Below, piece after piece: positions 13,725 through 24,900 of a DNA stretch of 64,000 nt. The notes beneath the pieces were generated by a model. The model saw only the letters and a program-made list of their open reading frames with translations. It ran no database searches and was not told the origin of the DNA. This stretch comes from Phoronis australis (taxonomy: Eukaryota > Animalia > Phoronida). How positions within the stretch are numbered: the first letter of the stretch is position 1; each line of letters starts with the position of its first letter. The stretch covers positions 561,273 to 625,272 of the forward strand of contig NMRA01000051.1 of the NCBI GenBank assembly GCA_002633005.1, written 5' to 3'. Both the position numbers and the translations under genes were made by a program.

Positions 13725-14324
13725 TTAAATTTTCAGGCTCAGTGCACTGTCTAAATCTTTTTCCATCTTTCTCACCACCCGGTGGCTCATGAACAACAAC
13801 ACTCCTCTGGGCAGAACAACTTCCACAATAGTTGCTGTCACGTCATTTTTATACAATATGTCCCCAGGCTGGGTCAGGAAGTGAAGATGATTCTCCATCT
13901 GGGATATTAAAAATTTCAAAACAATTCCAGCCAAGGACCGATTTTCATGTTTCTCACAAACCAGAACAAATGCACAATGTTTTACACCAATCCATATCAC
14001 AAACTTGTCACGTTGAAAGAAATCGTCAGCATGAATTTGAAAAAATCCACTATCGTACGCATGTGTCTCGATATTAAATTCAGAGTCATCATATATATGT
14101 TTCACTTCGCCAACACTTCTTTGGAAGGCAAGCTCTGAATTCACATTTTCCATGATATAATGTAACTTCTCCAACTGTTTTTCCTTGTAACTGCTTTGAG
14201 ACTGTTCGTTGTCAAATGGACTTGCACTACCATCAGGTGAATTAGTCCCAGCAGTAGTGTATACAGACTGGAAGAGCATTGTGGGTGAAGCACCAACAGT
14301 ATGGACAAGAAAAGCGTACACCAT
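13725..14324 (-). CDS. AP5S1: AP-5 complex subunit sigma-1 (199 aa, single coding exon)
   Basis: Starts MVYAFLVHT; contains ..VIWIGVKHCAFVLVCEKHENRSLA..VLPRGVLLFMSHRVVRKMEKDL, characteristic of AP5S1. Acceptor 12 nt upstream of the ATG (exon starts 14336); probable 5'UTR exon ending at ~15495 (donor GTTAGT). Confidence 0.88.
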   Translation of the reverse strand: MVYAFLVHTVGASPTMLFQSVYTTAGTNSPDGSASPFDNEQSQSSYKEKQLEKLHYIMENVNSELAFQRSVGEVKHIYDDSEFNIETHAYDSGFFQIHADDFFQRDKFVIWIGVKHCAFVLVCEKHENRSLAGIVLKFLISQMENHLHFLTQPGDILYKNDVTATIVEVVLPRGVLLFMSHRVVRKMEKDLDSALSLKI

Positions 14325-15494
14325 CCTGCTGACTACCTGAAACAAGACGAGAACAATTTATTTCAACCACCATCCTACACAGCCAATATTTGTTATGAGA
14401 TGATTCACCACACATGATGATCAGAGCCAACATCTGATGGATCAGCTAAATAAAGGGGAGACAATCCACGAAGCCACTACTTTTGTCATTCAATAGCTAA
14501 TTTGGCCAGACAAGATGCTCACTGGAAGACAACTTGCCTCATATCTAGTAGCCGGGTGGCCACTAATTTCTACTTATAAACATACTGAAGAATTTTTACC
14601 GCATATAAGTCCATGGTACATAGATGCTAAAACTGCTGATTTGGTACAGATCAGACACAACATAGTGGCATTTTATATTTCCGTCTAATTAGAAAAATAT
14701 CAACGTGATCTTGTAGTGAGGAAGCACAGAACAAATCAGTTGTTAAATGTAACCGACACTTATAAGAATTAATACCTTTACAAAGACCCTTGCTACTGTG
14801 AGAAAATAACCGTTATTTTTAAAGAAAAAAGTACCACAGCTGTGCTTGAACTTGAAATTATACTCTGTCTCAAGGCTGCTTATTCGTGAACTTGGAATAT
14901 CCGAGTAAACTTAGCAAGCTTGTCACTCAAATAATCCCATTCACCATGATAAAAATTGCACTGCGCAAAATCAAATCCCATGTTGATAAAATGATGTAAA
15001 CATTAACCATTGTTGTTTTTTCAAACAATTGACGATCTTATTCACCTAACAATAACTGCTTTGACACATTCCTCCAATTTTGTGGCTCAGTTTTCAGTAA
15101 GGATGAAATGGGAGATTCTGGGGGCCAATTTAAAACGATTCTTTATACTGAACAAGTTTCACCCGATTGTATTATCTCAGAAATAATTGATGGGATTAAC
15201 ATGAAACTTTCAGACACATAGCTTTATACACAGTTCTCCAAAATGCTGATTGTATATAATATGTATAGCTAGCTGTATTTTGACGATAGTCTTCATACAC
15301 GAACACAGAGTCAGAGCTGGCTGCCTCATTGCCATTGTTCATTGTTGGCTGGCTAGTAAGTTTACCGGCTACGTTTACGTCTGAAGACGGAGCTGCGTCA
15401 CTAACCGCAGGAATTTACAAGAAAGGACAAGATATGGTGGAAAAGCGGCAGAAAACATCCAAAGTGACCAGAGGAGCAGCGGAATCTCACTAAC

Positions 15495-15597
15495 CTAACA
15501 GTGAGTGAGCATTACATCAACAAACAGCGTACCCGGAAATTTAACGGAAGTGTATAAGTGCGCATGCTCTTGCCTTTTCCCGCTTCCGTGTTTAGAA
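15495..15597. promoter_or_regulatory. Bidirectional promoter of AP5S1/SEPSECS with ETS and NRF1-like motifs
   Basis: CCGGAAAT (~15533), CGGAAGTG (15545-15552), TGCGCATGCTC (15559-15569) and CTTCCG (~15583), all within ~70 bp upstream of the SEPSECS ATG. Confidence 0.7.
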
Positions 15598-15922
15598 ATG
15601 AATGAGGCAAATCTGAGGTTGTGCGAAACAATCGTGTCCGCTCCATACATTCAACAGGCTGTTCAAGCAAACAGGGCCAGAGAAACACAAATTCGTATTC
15701 TTTTAGAAAAGGTAACAACGGCTATGATTTCCTTTATCTTTTGCCGGGCATTTTCACTTAACCACAGGCCAGACAGTGTCTGTGTGACACACACACGCAC
15801 ACGGACACACACACAGTGACACACACAGTGACACACACAGTGACACACACAGTGACACACACAGTGACACACACAGTGACACACACAGGGACACACACAG
15901 GGACACACACAGGGACACACAC

Positions 15923-15959
<37 letters not shown>

Positions 15960-18900
15960 CGGCCAAAAAAGAGCAATTACAGGCAATTTAGTGATTTAAG
16001 AGAGGCTACTACACTGACTTCAGTCACCAAAAATCAAACGCTTAGTGTCATGATATACTTCCACCCATAACCTGATGCTGGTCACTGCACAATCTCCAAA
16101 TCACCTGATGCAATATGTGAATGAAACATAGATTTGTTTGTAAAGCTGCATTTCAACCTTTTCAGTTGACAAAAAATAAAGCGGAATTAGGACTTTTGCT
16201 CTCATAAATTCTACCTGAGTGATATAATATTCCATTTCTGTTGCCAAGTCAAGTCACTTTAGTCATAGCAGGCGTGCGTTCAGTAGAGGCTAGGACCTAC
16301 GCTAGGACCTAGCTAAAACCTAGTCAAAGTCACGTGTTCTCATTTAAAATGCACGGCAATATCTCACGTAATCTCGCGAAGTCTTGCTTTTTAGCGAGGT
16401 CCTAGCGTTACTGAACGGGAGCCAGGTTATCTCTTCCTGGTCATAGGCATTATGGGTAATACCTCCGTCACAATTACTGGCCCCAGTAGAGACGGTGGTT
16501 ATCCCATAGGCTCTCCATATGCTGGAACCTTTTCAGCAAATTATGCCTCACCCTGATTAAACCATTAAAGTCTTTTTCCTATAAGTACCTGTTGTGCATA
16601 GAGGGACACCGTAGAAGGCCATCGATGCCTTTAACTCTTCCCAGATATGTCCCTGCCATGAACTTAATTTGCCGAATAGCTTCCAGCATATGGAGGACTC
16701 TGGGATGACCAACGTCTCTGCTGGATCCAGTTGAGACAATGGCACTGCCTACATTAATTAATGTGTCATCTGCTAATGACTTTAATGTTCTTATTGGTAA
16801 CAGAAATATAATTATATTCTCACAGTTATGGACATTATGAGACTGGCTTTATAATAGTTAAAAGGCCAAATTTGAGTTTTGTTTTGAACCTGTTAAACAG
16901 TACGAAATGTGGCTTTACGTTTAGTTCACAGATCACCCTTGTTATGACACGAGTGGAGAGATCTTCTCAACTACCTACCACTAGTAATGTTAGTAGGTTG
17001 GTGTATCAAATGAACTCTTACCTTGATTAAATTACAAACTTTCAGGACCCTCACTCATCTAAGGAGAAAGGTGCCTTCTGAGAGAGTATTTTTTCGAGTG
17101 AAGTTAAAATTCTCCCCCCCCCTGGACACTTTCAATTTTTCCATGCATACTGCGATGATTTTTTCATTACGCTCCCGCTATGTGGAGTGAGTTTCCCTAT
17201 TTCAGCGGATAGGGAACTTGGGTTACAGCTTTGTCATTATCAGTTTGACAGTCATAGTAAGGGGAGAAAGTTGACAAACCAATGTTTACATAGTCCAGCT
17301 CTCTCATTGTCTGCGTTCTTCTGATAGTGTCACGTAATCCAGCAATTATGTCGTAAACAGCGCGCCTGACCCTAATCGATATTTAAAAAGCACTATTTCC
17401 AAATGATGTTCAACAAATGTCGTGAAGACGATGTGTTTTTATGAATTTAATAATATCACCAAAGAACTTCGAACGGAGAAAAACGATTGACTTTCAACTG
17501 CTGTTTTGTTTGTTTGACTGCAAGCTTTGACCCACTCACTACCACAGCATTGTGTACTAACAACATGGGCTTCTTTGTCAAGTTTAATTGAACGGGATTC
17601 TAGATCAGGTCATGATTTTGAAAATTTCATGGTTTAGGATTCAGTCATGTAACAAAACTTTCTCAATCCAAGGGTCAGCATGATTTGAAAGTGATCCTGA
17701 CCCTCAGGGATATTTTTTAATCATTGGAAGGGTTTTTTTTGCACCTGAGGAGGGTAATTTTGTGTGATTATTATTATAGAGGGGAATGAGGTGCCCAAAA
17801 TTAAGGGACGAGACTTTGAATGATATTTCATGCCTTTTCATTCTACAGAAGAAGCTTCCAGAGGATGGTTGGGATGAAGACAACATCGAACTTTTCCTCA
17901 ATGAAATCTCTTGCATGGATTCAAACAACTTTCCTGGAAATTGCGGTGTTGGCGAAAGAGAATCACGCATCGCATCCTCCTTGGTTTCTAGAAGACATTT
18001 TGGGTGACCATTTTTTCTGTACTCTATGTAATTTCTATTCAAGTTTTCTATAGTAATTGTTTCTGCATGTTTCATGGGGTGCACCAAGTAAATGCGTCAA
18101 TAAACCTACATTCCGTTGAAGAAATTCAATTTTCATTTGGACCACTTACTTTAAGTGCTATAAAACTTGTCTTATCTTGGTCTTTACTCAGTTGAGAAGT
18201 GATTTTTTGTCCTGCAAATAACTGACTTTTCGTTTTTCCTGGAGACCATGCACAGTGAATAAAGTGATGCACTGTGACAAGTCATCTTGTAGAGTCTGGT
18301 CTCAAGTGATGCACTGTGACAAGTCATCTTGTAGAGCCTGGTCTCAAGTGATGCACTGTGACAAGTCATCTTATAGAGCCTGGTCTCAAGTGATGCACTG
18401 TGACAAGTCATCTTGTAGAGCCTGGTCTCAAGTGATGCACTGTGACAAGTCATCTTGTAGAGCCTGGTCTAAAGTAATGCACTGTGACAAGTCATCTTGT
18501 ACAGCCTGGTCTCAAGTGATGCACTGTGACAAGTCATCTTTTAGAGCCTGGTCTCTAGTAATGCACTGTCAATTTTTCCCGAGCCCTGAAATCATACCCA
18601 TCCAATTTGACTATGGAACAAATTGAGACCAATTTCACAACAGAGTGTTCTAAATCAAAAATTGGTTTTTGTGACGGAAGGTGGGTTTATAGCCACTTTA
18701 AATATGACGCATCAGCCTGTTGTGTATAGTTTACAATACCTTGATTGAAGTAAGGCTTAAACTATTCAATGGATTCATTTCATGACATTCATGAAAACTT
18801 TGAAACTGGGTCACATTCCTAAATTTCTTTATCCAATATCTATATGACTTTGTGTTGTTGTACTGATCTCAAAACACCACAAGGTGGTCCATGGGCTTTA

Positions 18901-21900
18901 TCCTCTCTCTTTAAATGACCTACGTGGTAAATAATGCATTTTTTGTTGGTATTCTGTGCTGAGGAACATTGGCAGATTTAGAATATCAAGGATGGGTGCT
19001 AGCCACTATTTCCTGTGGACAAATACTTACTGTAGCTCTGAAGATATGTGACACATGCATTTTATCATGCCCTGTGGTGATCTGCGAGGAATGTGTTAAC
19101 CCCTGTTGATAAAATTGTCCGTCCACCTCTGGTGAATAAGTAATTTGCATCTGATAACAGCGTGATCTCCTCCTTAACCTACCAACCAATGTAGGAAAAG
19201 TTGCTTCTAGAAAACAACTTGGTCCAGCTGATCATCATTGCCTTTGTAATGAATTTCTTGTGCTAAGTGTTTTGTCTACTTCCAGGCTCGGTCATGGGAT
19301 TGGACGTTCTGGGGACATCACAGCCCTTCAACCAAAAGCGGCTGGCTCAAGTTTACTGATGAAACTGACCAATGATCTTGTTCTGGATGTGCTCAAACAG
19401 TCGGGTACTGAGTCCGATAACTGATAAGTAAACGTTATTCGCTTTGATCTGTTAGACAAAATTGGCCTATGATAGGGAAGATATTTGCCAAATTTCTCCA
19501 CAAAAATAAATATTAAGAAAACGTTACTCTATTGTTAGCTTAGTTTGAATCGTGTAAATGTCATGAAATATCATTTGGTAAAAGTTTCCATCGCTTGCAG
19601 CAAGATAAGCTGCCTTAGAAAATTGGAAAATTACAATTTTGGTATTTTTCTTCAAAATAGTGGAAATTTTTAACTATTTTGGTTGTGTTAAAGTATGACA
19701 TTAGTTTGATGAGGTGAGGCTACATTAAAAAACAAACTCGAACTGTAAGTGAAATGTTTTAAACAATTTCTGCCAGTTTATAATTGTTAGACTTAAGCCG
19801 TGTTGTTTAAAACAGAGTCATTTGATGGTTACTGCAACAGACTGTGTTTTGTAATCCTAACGGTTCAAAGTCCCTTTGGGAGCCCTCATGATTTCAATTT
19901 TTGTGTCCTTGCACTTCACCATTAGCTCAATAAATTTTAAAAAAGTTATGGAATTTGTTCTGCCTTGGCGAAAACCTTGATAATAAACTGAAATCATTTA
20001 ACAACTATCAGATGAATTTTGCTTCGCATTTTTGTCAATTTTTTCTTAGTCAGACAAAATATTGTCAATTTTTTTGAAAACTCCAGAAGTATGTACCACA
20101 CGTGTAGTGAAATGAAGTGATGTCATTCACATCATTCCAGGGGTGCCTTCGACGGCTGCTTGTTTTGTGGTTCCCATGGCAACAGGAATGAGCCTTGTCC
20201 TTTGCTTGCTGGCCTTGAGAGACCAGCGTCCGAGTGGTCGTTACGTGCTCTGGCCAAGGATTGACCAGAAGTCATGCTTTAAGTGCATCAAAACAGCAGG
20301 TAGAGCACTAGGGATTGAAAGGCTAATTAATCGTAATGTTTTTGATAAACTTTCTGTGCCTGGAAGTGACAAGACACCTACTCTGAATTGTAAGTAATGC
20401 ATAATTTGTTTTTTACGATTACATATTCTTGAACCTCAGATTTGTTGTGGTCACTCTGTAGGTTATGAGCCAGTTGTCATCGAGAACTCTCTGGAAGGCG
20501 ATGAGTTGAGAACAGATCTGAACAGTATTGAGGCGAAAATCTCTGAACTGGGGTCTGAGAACATTGCAGCTGTGTTGACTACGACAAGTTGCTTTGCACC
20601 ACGGGTACCTGACAGGTATGGAAGGATTCTGGTGTACTATTTAGTAGAGTTAACTGCCACATTGAATTGTTTTATTTTTCCAAAGAGAATGAACAAAAAA
20701 TTGAACTTTAAAAGACAGCATTATGTATACTTGGCATGGACTATAATGACTCTGGTCATTCATGATTTTGTTATTTCTTGTAAACCTTCCTTGAGGTAAT
20801 TTTGTAATTCTTCATGGTTCAGGTCATTGCAAGGGTCCTAGCAGCAATTGAGCTTCATAAGAAAACTAGATGTAATTGCTCTAATCCAGGGTGTGCCAAA
20901 AATGTTAGAAATATGAGTACCGGGATATGGTTTTACTAGCTTACTAATTTAAATTCAACTGTGTTTGCCTTCAGAATGTTACAAATGAAATCAAAAGGCA
21001 AATGCATATTATTTTCAAATGCCATTAATGATGTTGAACCTTAAATGATTGTATTTGACATTTAAAACTCTGTAAATTTTTAATATGCAAGATGCTGGTG
21101 TCCTACATATACAAATAAACTACTAGGAGTGGTGTTTTTGTTATTCCAGTAATCCCAAAGTTTGTTTTGTAGTGCGTAGAAGTTGAACACCGTGCCACAG
21201 CTAACTGTCATTGCAAAGAACAAAATTATTTTGAGTTTTGACACCAAATGCAGCCAGTTGCGTAGCTCCAATGCAGGTATTGGAGATGTCTTAAGAAAGC
21301 TGGTGTGTCAAGGCAGTGAACAATTACAGTATAATCTCACCTATTTTGGACAAAAATAAATTGCCAAGGTTGCTCTTTTTTCTTTTTCAAGCCTGTAAGG
21401 GCTTCTAACACTGTTGTGAATGCCCACAATTTTTCAAAATATTGTCTGTTGGTAGCTATGGTACAGAACGTGGATACAGCAAACTGATTGCACCATTCTG
21501 GTACTGTATAATATCTGTTCATTTGAATTTCATTTGTCTACCATATTGTGTCCCAAATTGGTGAGATTTGACATATTTACTGTTTCCAATATTTTTGCAG
21601 TGGAAATAGTGTTTGATTTGAACTTAGGAATGAAAAGTTGTCGTTCCCTGAGAGAGTTTGAAAAAAACATTTATCGTTTCTTTGCAATTACACGCAACTG
21701 TGACATTTTCTCCAACTTCTATGCGTTGCTAAAGCGATGTTGGGATGCCAGGAATACTAAAACATTGCTACTTCCTTGTGAAACGGTTTCGAGATACTAG
21801 CATTCAAGAGCATTCTGTTAACATTATGTTTGTATAGGAAAGCAAATGTCACTTTTTTGACAAATCTGTTCAGTGCTGCACCCCCTAGTGACAAATTTAA

Positions 21901-24900
21901 ATTAGTGTTTTGGCTTCCAGCTGGCTCTGCCAAGCCACTAAAGTGATTTTTGTGAAATTTAGAACAGGTGTTCACAGATTAGTTGCAACCCCACCTTTTC
22001 TAACAAATGACACTAATGTTGCACCCTGTAGTGGCGGCATTTTTACATCCACCTTGATATTAGCTGAACTGCATGATTGATGTTCATGAAATGCTATATT
22101 AATGAGAGCATTTGCCCACTGATTTTTGGAAGGCTTGTTTTGCGCACTCTAGTGTCTACTTTAAGTTTAAAATGATGATCATCCCCTGCTCGCATTGTAT
22201 GCAATGCACACAATTGTTAAGTTCTAGTTCTTGTAGTTTTGTGTTGTGGTTACTTTTACGTGCAATTAACTTTTTTAAAACATATCTATGCATGGTGGAG
22301 TATCACTCGATTTTTCTCTTATTTGTGATCTCATATCAAAGCAACTGTGACTGCATTATTTGGTAATCAACTCAAAACACATTACTAGCCTTTCTGTGAT
22401 GGCCAAGTACTAGTAGTAGACTAGCATTGGTTATACTTTGAGCTAGCAATTAAAACACCTCATTGCATCCCAGGATGCTTATACATGAACACACTCAGTC
22501 AAATGACTGTGTTCATGGTTCTATGAACCATTCTTCAGCCTAAATTGCATACTGTTATTAAGACCACTTACTGTTCAAATATGAACAGTCAGTTCTCAAA
22601 AATCACATATAATCTAATCTAAGTATTTTATAACAAATATTTGATGCCTGCTTCATAGCCAAGTTAAGACTGGAAAGGTTTAAAGGGACATTGTAGGCAA
22701 AAGATCAGCTTCAGTGCAGAATCGAACGTTACATGTAATCCCTCCTCAGAGCAGAGCATTTTTAAAAGCATCTTTAACTGGCAATTTGTAATGAAATCAC
22801 AAAATCAAAGTTAATAACTTGTGAAGAATTCTCGTATCCAACAAGAACCCTAAAATGTGTTTTTCAGGTTTAAAATCAACAAATGAATGCCCCTTGTGGC
22901 AGAAGAGCTGATCTGATCGTAATACTTCCAGTAATAAAATTTTATTATTTTGTCCTCGTGTTTCAGAAATCAGTAATCTGTTGTTCTTTGCTGTTTGTCA
23001 GTGGCCATAGTCAGTTGGGAGATTTTCTGAATTTTAAAGTATACATTAATAAAGCAAGGTTTCAGGTGATCAGTGCAATGATCCCACCTGAGAAGCCTGC
23101 ACATGTGCACCAGACCACTAGCAACTATTTCTCATTATTTTCTGAATCTCAAAAAATGGCTTTCTCATCCTGTCCACTTTTACTTGACGTTTAGACTGGA
23201 AGAAGTTAGCAAGCTTTGTAAAGCACACAGCATTCCGCATATTGTCAACAATGCTTATGGAGTTCAAAGTTCAAAGTGTATGCACGTCATCCAACAGGTC
23301 AGTGAGCACCTCATGTGAGGTCTGTTGTTGAAGGCAGTGTATGCACGTCATTCAACAGGTCAGTAAGCACCTCATGTGAGGTCTGTTGTTGAAGGCAGTA
23401 TCTCCAGCCGTAACTAAAACCATTTAAAGCTATTAGATTTTTACTGGCTTACAAGGCAGTGATTAGGAAGTTTTGATTTAAAAGGTGATCATTTAGTGAA
23501 GTTATACTGTGCAATTTTTGCTTGATCTAGTTGCAATCTTTTGTTGCAGTCGATCAATAAATTTTATTCGGAAACATGCTATGAAAATTTAAAAATAAGC
23601 TGTTGTTTATATTCTGACCATTTGTATAGCACCTCGAAATCAAATTTTCAACACGTTATTACTATTAAGTAAAAAGTTAATGTCAGTTGAATCCGCAATC
23701 GTGTTGTTTCAAGCAAAAGTTGGTGTTTAGTTTGAAAGCTTAAATATGACACTAAGTTTTATTCTTCTGTAACATGTGCTGTACTTTTACATGAACAGGA
23801 ATAGGCTAATAATAGTGTGTTACAAATGGCTGTGTTTGATTTTAGGCCAACCGTGTAGGTCGAGTTGATGCATTTGTACAGAGCACAGACAAGAATTTCA
23901 TGGTACCTGTAGGGGGTGCTGTCATAGCTGGTTTTGACAAGAGCTTCATTGAGCATGTTGCAAAAACATACCCTGGTGAGACAAGATGTCAGGACATTTG
24001 TGAATCTTTTCATAAAATGGTTTTAGAATTGGCAAATCATAGGGGCAATACATCATCACATTTTGTCAAAAGCAATTTGTGAATTAGGCCATTTGTCCCT
24101 ATTTTTATTATGTGAACTACTTGTCATGCCTACAGCTAAAGAGTTGAGATTAAGTGAGTGAAAGTTGCCGTATTCATTACGCAATGCAAAACATTGACTT
24201 GCATTAAATTTTACTTGTAATAAAAAGTTGTTAGACTGGATAAAAGCACACACAAAAATGCCCTGTTTATGATGTGCACTAGTAGACAGGAAAATCAGGA
24301 ACCCCGACTGGAAATTTAATCACAGGTCTCTAGATTGCCGGTCTGACTAGTGCTCTTACCACTGTCGAGCTACTGAGGACAATTTTGTGCAATTTTTGTT
24401 AACTTTGCAGCCAGCTGTTATGTCATCCATCTCATGAGCAGCATTTTGCCGTTTTCGCAGGAGATTTAGACATTTATACAGTGAGCAATTTACCAGAGTA
24501 TGTGTAAATTGATTCACTATTGGCCAACATCAGTATTCTATTAGCTAATAGAAAAGATAGCGACCTGCATCTGTAAGTGAAGCTTAGATGCTTAGGCCTA
24601 TATGTGAAACACTTTCTCTAAAAGTGCATTATTTCAGATATAAATACCTGCATACAGTACAAGACAAAAGTAATCAAACATGTACACATACAGTTACAGC
24701 ACAAAACAAAAGTAACAAACAAAATACCGTTTCCCGTCACAACTGGTTAATTCTGTTAGCATTAGAATTACTGGTAATAACTAGTTGGGTGGCAAAAGTC
24801 TATTCAATAGCCACCTTACCAACTGTCCTATTAACTCACCTATGCTTGGTCATTTAGCTACCTTGAATCAAAAGTTTATTTGTAAAATGAAAGGTGGGTT

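Noticed and set aside
15663-16070. Cys/Val/His-rich ORFs
   Set aside because: Translations of the (CA)-based microsatellite.
18184-18626. Repetitive ORFs or a CRISPR-like array
   Set aside because: A head-to-tail 42-bp minisatellite with no unique spacers, inside a eukaryotic intron.
23298-23318. In-frame UGA after SEPSECS exon 6 as a Sec codon
   Set aside because: It lies in the intron; the proximal donor gives the conserved protein, and the distal donor also frameshifts.
24295-24373. tRNA gene (e.g. tRNA-Sec inside SEPSECS)
   Set aside because: The T-arm/B-box is degenerate and there is no intact cloverleaf or UCA anticodon; it fits a SINE remnant better.
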